A stretch of 64,000 nucleotides of DNA from Octopus sinensis (GCF_006345805.1 NW_021833070.1:29460-93459), one strand, 5' to 3'. Shown: positions 49,858-63,389, numbered from the stretch's first letter. The notes: generated by a model not told the origin, from the sequence alone. Numbers and translations: made by a program.

Positions 49858-50400
49858 GTATGTATGTATGTATATATGTATGTATGTATGCAGGTATATA
49901 TGTATGCATTTATCAATGCATCTATGTATGTGTATATATTTGTATGCATGAATGTATGTCTGTATATATCTATGAATGTATCTGTGTATGTATGCATGTA
50001 TGTATGCATCTGCATATGTATATATGTGTCAGTATGTATGTATTTATTTATGTATGCATCTGTATACGTATGTGTGTATGTATATATGTATTCACGTATG
50101 CATATATATGTATATGCATGTATGTATATATGTATGCATGCATGTATGCGTCTATGTATGTATACAAGTGTCTGTGTGCATTTATGAGTGTGCATATTTC
50201 CATGAATATTTCTGTGTGCGCTTGTTTGTACATATTTTTGTGCTTCTTTGTGTTCCTATGTGTATGTGTATGCGTGTGTTCGCAGGTGTGTGTGTTTGAG
50301 TGTGTACATATGCTTGTGTGTGTTTGGATAGATATTTTCTATAAGAAATACTAATATGAAACTAGTTTCCTCTGTGTGTGTGTGTATGTGTGTATGTGTA
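49480..50400. repeat. Degenerate (ATGT)n-derived satellite
   Basis: Visible in the sequence; source of the MYVC/HTYI ORFs. Confidence 0.9.
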
Positions 50401-50740
50401 CGAATATTACGTTTATGTTACTATTTGTGCATTTGTGGGTGCATGTAAATTTGTATAAATGCGAAACTGTTACAAAATTTGTTTGTTTATTTTTGTTGTT
50501 TAAAGGGTGAGGGAGTGGGTGGGTAGGTGTTTATTTAGTTAGGTGTTAGGAATATGGCGGTTCGTGGTTTCAGTTGTAGGGAAGTGGAGTGGGCCACTGT
50601 TAATAATAGAGTTAAAACTATTCAAGAGCTAATCTAGAGATTAATAAAGAGGCGGGAATATCATATAGAGAATCTTATAACGTGGAAGTCAGACATATAT
50701 GTGCGCGATCGCGCGCGTGTGTATGGAGATATGTATATGC

Positions 50741-50786
<46 letters not shown>

Positions 50787-50859
50787 TACATATATATATA
50801 TATATACATACATATATATAAACATGTATATATACATACATATTATATACTTATATATC

Positions 50860-50939
<80 letters not shown>

Positions 50940-51055
50940 TTATATATATATATATAATATTTATAATATACGTATATATATGCTCCTGTGCATGAATGCG
51001 TATATATATTTATACACACAATATATGTATATGTATATGTATATATATATATACT

Positions 51056-51474
51056 ATTTTACTCTTTTACTTGTTTCAGTCATTTGACTGCGGCCATGCT
51101 GGAGCACCGCCTTTAGTCGAGCAAATCGACCCCGGGACTTATTCTTTGTAAGCACAATACTTATTCTATCGGTCTCTTTTGCCGAACCGCTAAGTGACGG
51201 GGACGTAAACACACCAGCATCGGTTGTCAAGCGATGCTAGGGAGACACAGACACACAAACACACACATACATATATACATATATATATATATAATATATA
51301 TATATATATATACACACATATATATACGACGAGCTTCTTTCAGTTTCCGTCTACCAAATCCACTCACAAGGCATTGGTCGGCCCGGGGCTATAGCAGAAG
51401 ACACTTGCACAAGATGCCACGCAGTGGGACTGAACCCGGAACCATGTGGCTGGTAAACAAGCTACTTACCACAC
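51056..51474 (-). mobile_element. SINE family A
   Basis: Consensus match in reverse orientation. Confidence 0.88.
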
Positions 51475-51486
51475 ACACACACACAG

Positions 51487-51527
<41 letters not shown>

Positions 51528-51727
51528 CATACATACATATCTATATATTTTCAAATGTGAATACGAAGCAGCCCGAGGTTATATAAACAATATCGGTCAC
51601 ACCTACGAAAGCTATATATTTTGCCATTTCTCGAGCAGGCTGCGATTTACAGGCGTAGAAGATATTACACCTACAAATCGCAGCGTGAACACATACCTTG
51701 TGCATGTGTGTTCGAGATTGTGTGGGC

Positions 51728-51777
<50 letters not shown>

Positions 51778-51798
51778 AGAGAGAGAGAGAGAGAGAGA

Positions 51799-52230
51799 GA
51801 AAATAGTAAAAAGTGAAAAACCTACAGAAGGCTTAAAGGTTAAAAATATATATATATTTGCGTCAATATGTCTGAAGAATATTAAAAATTTTTTTTTTCC
51901 TTACAATGACATAATTTAGAAGAAAGACCGGTTTCGCGCTTAGCTTTTCAAATTTCTTGCGACGTTATGTTTATGTTGAATAGAGTTATCGTTATGTTTA
52001 TGTTCAAAAGAGTTCTTCTTTTTGAACATAAACATTAACGATAACTCTATTCAACATAAACATAACGTCGCAAGAAATTTGAAAAGCTAAGCGCGAAACC
52101 GGTCTTTCTTCTAAATTATGTCATTGTAAGAAAAAAAAAATTTTTTTTATATTCTTCAGACATATTGACGCAAATATATATATATTTTAACCTTTAAGCC
52201 TTCTGTAGTTTTTCACTTTTTACTATTTTC
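51799..52230. repeat. 432-bp near-perfect palindrome with a hammerhead relic in each arm
   Basis: Arms 51799-52011 and 52017-52230 with a 5-nt spacer; AAGAAA-T-TTGAAAA-GC TAAGC GC-GAAAC CG GTC-TTTCTT at 52072-52110 (+) and 51920-51958 (-). Confidence 0.85.
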
Positions 52231-52266
52231 TATATAATGAACCACGTGCTTTCACAAACCAACTTT

Positions 52267-52309
<43 letters not shown>

Positions 52310-52403
52310 TAACAATATAGGATGAAGTCCCTTTCTCTACAGAAAAAGATTCCATCAAAAAGCGTGGCAGTATATTAAAAAACCCATTACGGTTGAAGTA
52401 TAA

Positions 52404-52716
52404 ACATCTTATAATTAAGGGCTAAAGAAGGTTATTCTATAGCCAATACATGTAGTTGTGTTTTTAGCTTCTGCTTTTTCCATGATCACATCTGAGTATT
52501 TTATTTATGTTCCCTCGTAAGCTCTACTGAAGAAGAATGTATCCTTTATAGGGATTAATTCCGAAATTGATTCAATATAGAGATAATGAAATTTAAATTT
52601 TCTAAAGGTTAGTTGCCCGCTTTCAGTTCAATTTTCCTGTAACAAGTGGATTATAAGTGGATAAATCAGTGTATTGGCTATAGAATAACCTTCTTTAGCC
52701 CTTAATTATAAGATGT
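52404..52716 (+). mobile_element. 313-bp non-coding element with 47-bp perfect inverted ends and an HHR
   Basis: 52404-52450 is the exact reverse complement of 52670-52716; the right end runs into (TA)n. Confidence 0.8.
52522..52582 (+). ncRNA. Type I hammerhead ribozyme
   Basis: Stem I CTCTA/TAGAG; CTGAAGA 52527-52533; long stem II GAAT..ATCCTT/AGGGAT..ATTC on an A.C mismatch; GAAA 52563-52566; stem III AUUGA-U-UCAAU; predicted cleavage AUA after 52577. Confidence 0.72.
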
Positions 52717-52745
52717 ATATATATATATATATATATACATATATA

Positions 52746-53620
52746 CACGCGGTCTGATCAATGAGTATCCGGTCTGGTGCTATAAAAACAAAACTATAGC
52801 ACGTACCAATTTGGCATTTACTCTGCTTCGAAAGCCACACACCTAATCCAGCGCTGTTTCCATTGATGGAAGCATTCCCGGGACTCGTTTTCTGGGATAA
52901 TCAGCAGCTGCCTCGTCTCGTTCACTTTCATTTCCTCGACGTCCCGAAATCTTCATTTCAAGCGGGATTTGATTATTGGAAAGAGGAAAAAGTTGTAAGG
53001 GGTGAGATCTGGAGAATATAGTGGATATTGGACCTGGGAAATGCTGGTGCCTAGCAAAAAAACTGATGCACAAGCTGCGCTGAATGGGCAGTTGCGGCGT
53101 CAGCTGAAAGTAGTTTTGACAAAAACTTAACAAACACGCGTCTCATATCCAAATCTTCGGTGATAATGGACTGAACTGAACCGTAACTAAGCTGCACATC
53201 TTTTGATAACTCACGGATGGGGATTTCACTATTTCCCCCTCACAGCTGCACACGCATCTGCGATATTTTTCTCTGTTCTGCTGGTTGCGGGTTTCCCAGA
53301 ACATTCGTCACAATCAACATTTTTTTTTTGGCTCATACACTCCCCTCCATACTCTCTCTCTGCAACTTTGCGTTGGCCTCTGAGCAGGTATCACCAAGCT
53401 TTTGGCAAAAGTTTATGCATATTTATAGTCAATGCGACGATCACACGCTACACACGTTCCTTCCAAGCACTGCTATAAACAGCGGATGTAAGGTAGAACG
53501 TTAAAACTTAGTGCGCATGCACAGCAGTGTTCAAGGTCAATCTGTGCCAAGAGGCTTCAGTGCGTGCTTTAGTTTCGTTACTATGGCAACAGTCCGGATA
53601 CTTATTGACCAGACCACGTC
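52746..53620 (-). mobile_element. Internally deleted mariner-like transposon
   Basis: TIRs CACGCGGTCTGATCAATGAGTATCCGG / CCGGATACTTATTGACCAGACCACGTC between TA dinucleotides; a minus frame gives YSPDLTPYNFFLFPIIK. Confidence 0.85.
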
Positions 53621-53628
53621 TATATATA

Positions 53629-54620
53629 CAGCCTTGGCCAAAAGCATTAGGCCAATTTAACTCCATTCTTCTCTCAACTGTTGGTACAAATGCTCTCTAT
53701 TTTTAATTGTTGTTCCTGATAGGTTCATCATGAGTTCCCCATAGGAGTTTGATGGGATTTAGATTGGGACATTGAGCTACCCAGTCCATGGGAACAATAA
53801 TTTGTGCCTAAAGCCATTGACGAATTTTCATTGCTGTATGACATGGAGGGTTATCCTGTTGAAAGATAACACTGCTTTCCGACACTCCTGGATGCAATTT
53901 AGCAATTGATGGCTCTAAAACATCCGATAACATAGAAACATAGGTAGCTGAATTCATCCTTCCCTGATATAGAAGCATTTCTCTGGGTCTTGTGGCAGAC
54001 ATGCAGGACCACACCATGATCGAACCACCGCTACGTTTTACGGTTGGTACCAGACATTCAGCCTTAAATGCTTCCCCAACTCTGCGACACACGAAAGTTG
54101 CACCAGATGTACCGAAAACCTGAGTAAAAACATGAAAAATAATATTAGCTTTATGTTGGATGCTTTTTTTTATATATTTTGGGCAACAAACCAGTTACAT
54201 TAAGTTTATATGCTGATTGAATACGTGTACTATCTTACCTCATAGTTACTTTCATCAGACCATATGACTTTCGACCATTGCCTTTTGGCCCATTGAAGAC
54301 ATTTTTCCATATTCGATGCAGAGACCTTTTTCACCTGTTTCTGAGTGACTGATGGATGATGGACCTGTCATCACAAGGTAATATAACTTTTTTTCTACCT
54401 GTTCTTTGTATTGTCTTCACATCTTTTGTCTTTCTGAAGCGCTTGAGAGTCGTTTGCACTACACGTAGAGAACATTTCATCTTCTGGGCTATTTGCCTTT
54501 GACACATTCCATCTTCATGATGAGCTACGATTTGACCTCGCTCACACTCACTCAACTTCCTTGTTTTGGGTATTTTTCTGTTTATTAACTGTATCTACAA
54601 CGTATTTTAGTATAAAATTC
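53629..54620 (-). mobile_element. Degenerate Tc1-like transposon (DD34E spacing)
   Basis: HTH region GQIVAHHEDGMCQRQIAQK...TGRK, KVIWSDESNYE, PTVK.SGGSIMVW, IFQQDN.PCH, QCPNLNPI(K)LLW with 34 residues from D to the E position; the left terminus CAGCCTTGGCCAAAAG follows TA; the right TIR was not found. Confidence 0.85.
54120..54238 (-). other. 119-nt phase-0 GT-AG intron in the Tc1 transposase
   Basis: Donor GAG|GTAAGA, branch-like GCTAAT, acceptor TTTTTACTCAG|GTT; splicing gives WSDESNYE-VFGTSGATFVCRRVGE. Confidence 0.8.
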
Positions 54621-54754
54621 TGAAATAATCAAGGAAACATAAGTTAATATTGGACGTTGGTCTTACTCATAATTCGTTGCATGTGTACAGTACAGTATAA
54701 AAATGGTAATTGATGGTAAAGGAGAGTGAACCAGATATATATTTCACAATATAC

Positions 54755-54973
54755 CTATTTCTTTACTACCCACAAGGGGCTAAACACAGAGAGGACAAAC
54801 AAACGGATTAAGTCGATTACATCGACGCCAGTGCGTAACTGGTACTTAATTTATCGACCCCGAAAGGATGAAAGGCAAAGTCGACCTCGGCAGAATTTGA
54901 ACTCAGAACGTAATGGCAGACAAAATACGGCTACGCATTTCGCCCGGTGTGCTAACGTTTCTGCCAGCTCGCC
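54755..54973 (-). mobile_element. SINE family B, full length
   Basis: Reverse complement of the family B head, core and tail. Confidence 0.85.
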
Positions 54974-55078
54974 ATAATTTACCATGTGCACGAGTTTCAT
55001 TAACATTGAGATAGCAGAACCCCAAAACATTGGGGTGGCCTAATACACACACACATACATACATACGGAGATACTCAC

Positions 55079-55129
<51 letters not shown>

Positions 55130-55358
55130 GTGTGTGTGTGTGTCTTTCTATCTCTCTTTCCCTCCCCCTCTCTCCTTCCTCTCTCTCTCTCTCTCTCTGT
55201 TGTTGTTATTGTATTAAAGTTTTCCGTCAGATCTCCACCATACCACAGGAGTACCTCCGTGCTTTGCCGTAAAAACAGTTTTCACCGAAGGCTTCTGAAA
55301 TATTATCAATTTTATTAATGAAAAAACCTTCGTGAGTAGTAGGTTATGCATTTGCTGA

Positions 55359-55776
55359 ATCTTTTCAGTTTGAACGGCAGTTTTTAACATAATTTCTAGG
55401 TAACTAAAAAATTTTAAACTTCGTATACTGGTAGAATGTGTTTATAAAACATCTTTTTCTCTTGGCTTTATTGAGAAAATTCTATAGTTTGTAAATATTG
55501 TTTGTTGTTTTTTCTTCTTCAATTTCTGCAATTTCAACCAATCAGTGACGTCTATAGAGTTAAAAAGCATTCTGTGCCGTATGAATATGTCCCTCGTTTA
55601 AGAAACAGATTGGGTTTATTTACATTTGTGAAGAAAAAAAAGATACCCTTCCCCCACCCCTAACCCTAATCCAACCCTAACTAACCCTAAAAGAGATTGA
55701 AATGCAATAGATCGATTCTAGGGTCACAATTTCATATGACACCGCTAGAAAAAACTGCCGTTCAAACCGAAAAGAT
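55359..55776 (+). mobile_element. Second copy of the (CCCTAA)-containing MITE-like element
   Basis: TIRs ATCTTTTCAGTTTGAACGGCAGTTTTT / AAAAACTGCCGTTCAAACCGAAAAGAT; matches 33027-33459. Confidence 0.8.
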
Positions 55777-56118
55777 GCCATTCTCTTGCTAACTTAGCTT
55801 TGGAAAATCTTTCTGTTCTTGGCTTCACATTCCTAACTAAGAATAAACGAAGTCACTATTGTTTAATAGATTAAAATATATAGATTAACAAATGATATAT
55901 ATAAAATTATATAGTTATGACTATATAATTTTCTCCCTATTTGTAAATATATATATATGTGTGTGCGTGTGTGTGTTTGTCTGTGTATGTGTGGTTTGTG
56001 TGTGTCAGTGTGTGTGCATATGTGTGTGCGCATGTGGGTGTGCGTATGTGAAAATGTGTATAATTTAAATATAAATATATATTATATATGTATAATATAT
56101 TATATATATATATATATG

Positions 56119-56185
<67 letters not shown>

Positions 56186-56534
56186 ATATATATCTATATA
56201 ATATATATATATGTATATATATATATACACGCACACGTACACACATATAATTGAAAATATCCCCGTCTATTTCTCTGTTCTTCTGTCTCAGACTGAGAGG
56301 GAGAGAGAGAGAGAGATTATTATGATGGTATTGGATTTATGGCTCTCGTTTACCATATACCAATACTAATAGCATCATATATATTTTGAGTTCTCACAGA
56401 ATATCTGAGGTATCATTGATTATAATATATGACATAAGGTTGTCACAAATTATGTTACTAGTCACGAATTACAATATATGATTATTGTCAAAGAATTATG
56501 TGAAGAGTCGTCTTTTGTAATAGCATTTGTTCTT

Positions 56535-57280
56535 ATTCTACCGAGGTCAACTTTACCTTTCATCCTTTCGGGGTCGATAAATTTAGTACCAGTTGCGTAC
56601 TGAGTCGATTAGATCGATTGCCCACCTCCCCAAAAAAATTTCGGGCCTTTTGCCTAGAGTAGAAAAGAATAATTATTATGGAGCAATGATTTGTTCTTGA
56701 AGGCGGCAATCTGGCAGAAACGTTAGCCCACTGGGCGAAATGTGTAGCCGTATTTCGTTTGCCGTTACGTTCTGAGTTCAAATTCCGCCGATATCGACTT
56801 TGCATTTCATCCTTTCGGAGTCGATTAAATAAGTACCAGTTACGCACTGGGATCGATATAATCGTCTTAATCCGTCTGTCTGTCCTTGTTTGTCTCCTCT
56901 GTGTTTAGCCCCTTGTGGGTAGTAAAGAAATAGGTATTTCGTTTGCCGCTACGTTTTGCGTTCAAATTCCGCCGAGGTCGACTTTGCCTTTCATCCTTTC
57001 GGGGTCGATTAAATAAGTACCAGTTACGCACTGTGGTCGATATAATCGACTTTATCCGTTTGTCTGTCCTTGTTTGTCCTCTCTGTGTTTAGCCCCTTGT
57101 GGGTAGTAAAGAAATAGGTATTTCGTCTGCCGTTACGTTCTGAGATCAAATTCCGCTGAGGTCGACTTTGCCTTTCATCCTTTCGAGGTCTATTAAATAA
57201 GTACCAGTTACGCACTGGGGTAGATCTAATCGACTGGCTCCTTCCCCAAAATTTCGGGCCTTGTGCCTATAGTAGAAAAA
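56535..57280 (+). mobile_element. SINE family B cluster: a partial copy plus three head-to-tail copies
   Basis: Partial 56535-56670; units about 56702-56932, 56933-57116, 57117-57280. Confidence 0.85.
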
Positions 57281-57553
57281 ATATTTGTTCTTCATTTTCG
57301 TTTACAGTGATGATTCTTCATATTTGGATGTGCTGGTATCGTTCTTGTTGCTAGATGTTTTGTTACAATATTGGCTCTGCGTATATGATATTATTATCTA
57401 ATTATACGGTATAGTCACTGATCTCTTGTTCTGATTTACTTCTATATCTTTGATTATGGTTTTAGTTCTTTATCTTTAGTTATATTTTCGTGTTCTTCGC
57501 ATTTGGTATTATTTAGTTATTTTAATTGTTTATATATATATATATATATATAT

Positions 57554-57786
57554 CTATTTCTTTACTACCCACAAGGGGCTAAACATAGAGGGGACAAACA
57601 AAGACAGATAACGGGATTAAGTCGATTACATCGACCCCAGTGCGAAACTGGCACTTTATTTATCGACCCCGAAAGGATGAAAGGCAAAGTCGACCTCGGC
57701 GGAATTTGAACTCAGAACGTAACGACAGACGAAATACCACTAAGCATTTCGCCCGGCTCGCTAACGTTTCTGCCAGCTCGCCGCCT
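57554..57786 (-). mobile_element. SINE family B, full length
   Basis: Reverse complement of the consensus, ending ...GCCAGCTCGCCGCC. Confidence 0.9.
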
Positions 57787-58630
57787 TAATTTTATATATA
57801 TATATCATTTTGTTAATCATATTTATTGTTATTAGAAGTAATTTATTTATATTTTGCAGTATTTATCGTTCATCATTCAATATAGTCGTACTCTCAGTCA
57901 CATCCTTTTGTGGTTATCTTGCGTGGTTATCTTTATCTTTGACGTTTTATTTTTCTGGTCGTCTTCATCTTTGGTTATATTTCTGGTTCACCAACTTTTC
58001 TGACATCTATTGATTCTTAATATATGGTTATATTCCTAGTTCTTCAGCTGCTTTTATATCCTTCGTTGTTTGTTGTTGGTTTTAGTTTTAACGATAAATC
58101 TTTATGCTTCTCTATATAACTCAATAATCCTTTCCAGTTTGAAGATTTTCAAGTCACTATCTCCTATACTTATCGCAACTTCTCGTATCTTAGAACCCTG
58201 AACGTATATTTCTCTGATTAACCAATGTAAGTTCTTGAGTATTGACAATACTCTTTTACTCTTTTACTCTTTTACTTGTTTCAGTCATTTGACTGCGGCC
58301 ATGCTGGAGCACCACCTTTTAGTCGAGCAAATCGACGCCAGGACTTATTCTTTGTAAGCCTAGTACTTATTCTATCGGTCTCTTTTGCCGAAACGCTAAG
58401 TTACGGGGACATAAACACACCAGCATCGGTTGTCAAGCGATGTTGGGGGGGGGGGGGCAAACACAGACACATAAACATATGCACACACATCCATACATAC
58501 ATACATATATATATATATAATAATATATATATATATATATATATGTAGGTCCCGGGTTGATCCGGGGTTAACCACAGTAAGTAAGGTACTCAATACATAG
58601 CAGAGTAAAATTAATTTATTATATAGAAGG

Positions 58631-58680
58631 AGCTTCTACAGGACTAGTACTGTTTCATTCAAGAGAATCTTCAGGAAGCT
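58631..58680 (-). ncRNA. Hammerhead-like motif (left arm)
   Basis: Reverse complement AGCTTC CTGAAGA TTCTCTTGAAT GAAAC AGTACTA GTC CTGTA GAAGCT; stem I is offset by a 5-nt bulge. Confidence 0.5.
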
Positions 58681-59045
58681 ATTTAACAAGAATTGTATTA
58701 GCATTTATACATTTAGGCAGGTTTAAAGGAGTGTGGTGGGGGGACTTTTTTGGGGTAGGCATAGGCATAGCGCAAAATATCATACTTGGGGGAGTGGTCA
58801 AGGAGTCAGGGTAAGTTAGATGAAAGAATAGATAAATAAAAAATAAAAATAAAAAATAACAAAATAAAAATAAAAATAAAATAACAACAAATAAAAAAAA
58901 AAAAAATAAAAAATAAAAAATAAAAAAATAAATAAAATGTGTGCACATACTTACATAAACACATATACATACACACCACACATACGTACACATGTGTGCC
59001 TATACCTACCTACACATACACATACATACATACATATATATATAG

Positions 59046-59076
<31 letters not shown>

Positions 59077-60385
59077 ATACACAATCAAATACAGGCCCAT
59101 TCCCATTAATTTTAATTTTATTATCTTCATTTATTACGTTTGTTATCTTTGATCGCTAGGGCTAAGATCCTGGCGATGGCAGCATGTCCAATTGTCTGTC
59201 TACTAGAAGGCAAGTACTCGTTCCCGCACGCACACTCATTAGCACGTACTAACACCCATTCGTACACTCACCCATACACTACGCACGCGTTTATATTCAT
59301 ACATACAAACATCTACATACGTTCACGTATATACACATACGTACTCGTACCTACAGATTCATGTCTACACTTTAGGAGGCTAGTCTATATATATACACCA
59401 TAAATATACATATATTATATATATAATATATATATAACACATATACACTACACACACACACACAACATATATTACACTCCTACATACAGATACATCCCAT
59501 ATATATATACATATACACACACATACATAATATATATATATATATATACACATATATATATATCTATCTATATAGTATAATATATATATACATACATACA
59601 CACACACACATATATATACACACACATACATATACACATATATATACATACACAAACATATATACACACATATATATATATACATATATACACACATACA
59701 TACACACACCTACATACATATACACACAAACACATACATACGTAAACATACATACATACAATCCATACATCCATACTTACATGCATTATACGCATACATA
59801 CACCCCCATCTATATATATATATAATATATCTATATATATATATATACATATATACCCATATAGATATAATATATATATATATATATACACACTCACACA
59901 TACATATACAAATATACGCCCATACATACATACATACACACGTATACGCATACACGCACATACCATATACATGCGTACCCATACACGTGCACACACGCAA
60001 CATGCATCCATTATATACACACCACACACATAATAACACGTGTGCAAGCATACATACATACTCATACACGCACACATACTTACCTATACATATATGCACA
60101 CACTTACACACATATATACTACACATATACATGCATACATACATATATGCATACATACCATACACGCACATACACCTAACACATGCTACCCATACACGTG
60201 CACGCACGCACGCGCATCCATATATATACACACACACACATATATATACACGTGTGCAAGCATACATACATACTCATACACGCGCACATACTTACATATA
60301 CATATATGCACACACTTACACACATATATACATACACATATACATGCATACATACATATATGCATACATACACACACGCGCACTC

Positions 60386-60424
<39 letters not shown>

Positions 60425-60521
60425 TACACATATATATATATATAACCTATATATCACAACATATATATACACATATACACATACACATACATGCACACCT
60501 ACAACCCATACATACACCTAC

Positions 60522-60562
<41 letters not shown>

Positions 60563-60833
60563 TACACATATACACCTACATATATACACCATACATACAT
60601 ATACATACACACACACATACATATATACACGGATACACATACCCATACATATATATATATATATAATATATATACCACACACACACGTATACACATGCAT
60701 ATACTTATATCTCTACATACTCACATGTAAACATATATATATATACCACACCACATATATATACATGTACACACACATACCCATATACAACCTATATACA
60801 CATACACACATACATACATATCTTACCACACAC

Positions 60834-60865
<32 letters not shown>

Positions 60866-60923
60866 ATATATTATATATACATATACCCCCACATATATAC
60901 ATATATATACCCACATATTATAT

Positions 60924-60956
<33 letters not shown>

Positions 60957-61245
60957 GTATGTATATATATATGTATGTGTGTGTGTATATATATGTATGT
61001 ATGTGTGTATGTGTATATATGTATGTATGTTGTATGTGTGTGTACATGTTATATATATGTGTGTGTGTAATATATATATGTTTACATGTGAGTATGTAGA
61101 GATATAAGTATATGCATGTTGTTACGTGTGTGTGTGTATATAATATATATATATATATATATGTATGGGTAGTGTATCCGTGTATATATGTATGTGTGTG
61201 TGTATGTATATTTATGTGTGTTATATATGTATGTGTATATGTGTA

Positions 61246-61276
<31 letters not shown>

Positions 61277-61380
61277 GTTATGTAGTGTATGTGTATGTTT
61301 TTGTAGTGTGCATGTATGTGTATGTGTATATGTGTATATATATGTTTGTGTATATATATGTATATATATATATATGTGTA

Positions 61381-61421
<41 letters not shown>

Positions 61422-61959
61422 GAGTGCGCGTGTGTGTATGTATGCATATGTATGTATGCATGTATATGTTGTATGTATATATGTGTGTAAGTGTGTGCAT
61501 ATATGTATATGTAAGTATGTGCGCGTGTATGAGTATGTATGTATGCTTGCACACGTGTATAGATATCTGTGTGTGTGTATATATATGGATGCGCGTGCGT
61601 GCGTGCACGTGTATGGGTACGCATGTGTATATGTGTATGTGCGTGTATGTGTATGTATGCATTATGGGTATGTATGCATGTATATGTGTATGTATATATG
61701 TGTGTAAGTGTGTGCATATATGTATGGTAAGTATGTGTGCGTGTAAGTATGTATGTATGCTTGCACACGTGTATATATGTGTGTGTGTGTGTTATATATA
61801 TGGATGCATGTGCGTGTGTGCACGTGTATGGGTACGCATGTATATGTGTTGTGCGTGTTGCGTATACGTGTATGTTATGTATGTATGGGCGTATATTTGT
61901 ATATGTATGTGTGAGTGTGTATATATAATATATATATATAATATATATAGGTGTATATG

Positions 61960-61997
<38 letters not shown>

Positions 61998-62211
61998 TGG
62001 GGTTATGTATGCGTATAAATGCATGTAAGTATGGATGTATGGATGTATGTATGTATGTTTACGTATGTATGTGTTTGTGTGTATATGTATGTAGGTGTGT
62101 GTATGTATGTGTGTTATATGTATACTATATATATGTGTGTAGTATGGTTGTGTGTATGTATATATATGTGTTATGTATGTGTGTGATATATATGTGTGTG
62201 TGTGTATGTAT

Positions 62212-62248
<37 letters not shown>

Positions 62249-62353
62249 TATGTATATATATATATATAATATATGTATGGTGTGTGTATATGTATATATA
62301 TATGTGGTATGTATCTGTATGTAGGAGTATATATATGTGTGTGTGTGTGTGTA

Positions 62354-62407
<54 letters not shown>

Positions 62408-62728
62408 TTATTGGTGTATATATATAGACTAGCCTCCTAAAGTGTAGACATGAATCTGTAGGTACGAGTACGTATGTGTATATACGTGAACGTATGTAGA
62501 TGTTTGTATGTATGAATATAACGCGTGCGTACGTGTATGTGTATGAGTTGTACGAATGGTGTATGTACGTGCTAATGAGTGTGCGTGCGGGAACGAGTAC
62601 TTGCCTTCTAGTAGACAAGACCATTGGACATGCTGCCATCGCCAGGATCCTTAGCCTAGCGATCAAAGATAACAAAAGTATAAATGAAGATAATAAAATT
62701 AAAATTAGGGAATGGGCCTGTATTTGAT

Positions 62729-62785
<57 letters not shown>

Positions 62786-63125
62786 GTGTATGTGTAGGTA
62801 TGTATAGGCACACATGTGTACGTATGTGTGTTTGTATGTATATGTGTTTATGTAAGTATGTGCACACATTTTATTTATTTTTTTATTTTTTTTATTTTAT
62901 TTTATTTTTTTTATTTTTTTTATTTTTTTTTTTTTTATTTTTTATTTTTTTTTTTTATTTTTTATTTTATTTTTTTTTTTATCTATTCTTTCATCTAACT
63001 TACCACTGACTCCTTGACCACTCCCCAAGTATGATATTTTGCGCTATGCCTACCCCCAAAAAAGTCCCCCACCACCACTCCTTTAAACCTGCCTAATGTA
63101 TAATGCTAATACAATTCTTGTTAAT

Positions 63126-63175
63126 AGCTTCCTGAAGATTTCTCTTGAATGAAACAGTACTAGTCCGTAGAAGCT
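63126..63175 (+). ncRNA. Hammerhead-like motif (right arm)
   Basis: CTGAAGA 63132-63138; stem II UUC-UCUU-GAA on a U.U pair; GAAAC; palindromic AGTACT; GTC at 63163-63165; AGCTTC/GAAGCT stem I with a bulge. Confidence 0.5.
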
Positions 63176-63389
63176 CCTTCTATATAATAAATTAATATAT
63201 ATATATATATATATACATACATATACACGACGGGCTTCTTTCAGATTCCGTCTACCAATTCCACTCACAAGGCTTTGGTCGGCCTGAGGCTATAGTAGAA
63301 GACACTTGCCCAAGGTGCCACGCAGTGGGACTGAACCCAGAACCATGTGGTTGGTTAGCAAGCCACTTACCACACAGCCACTCCTTGCT

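Larger units (their letters stand above)
58545..63195. mobile_element. 4.6-kb inverted duplication (two ~2.3-kb arms) with terminal HHR-like motifs
   Basis: Unique blocks 58610-58840 and 59090-59400 are reverse complements of 62970-63195 and 62410-62730; the centre is (TA)n near 60940; the left arm is 65 bp longer. Confidence 0.85.
58251..63385 (-). mobile_element. SINE family A split by a 4.6-kb palindromic insertion
   Basis: The tail half 58251-58544 ends in the internal (TA)n; the head half resumes at about 63228-63385. Confidence 0.85.
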
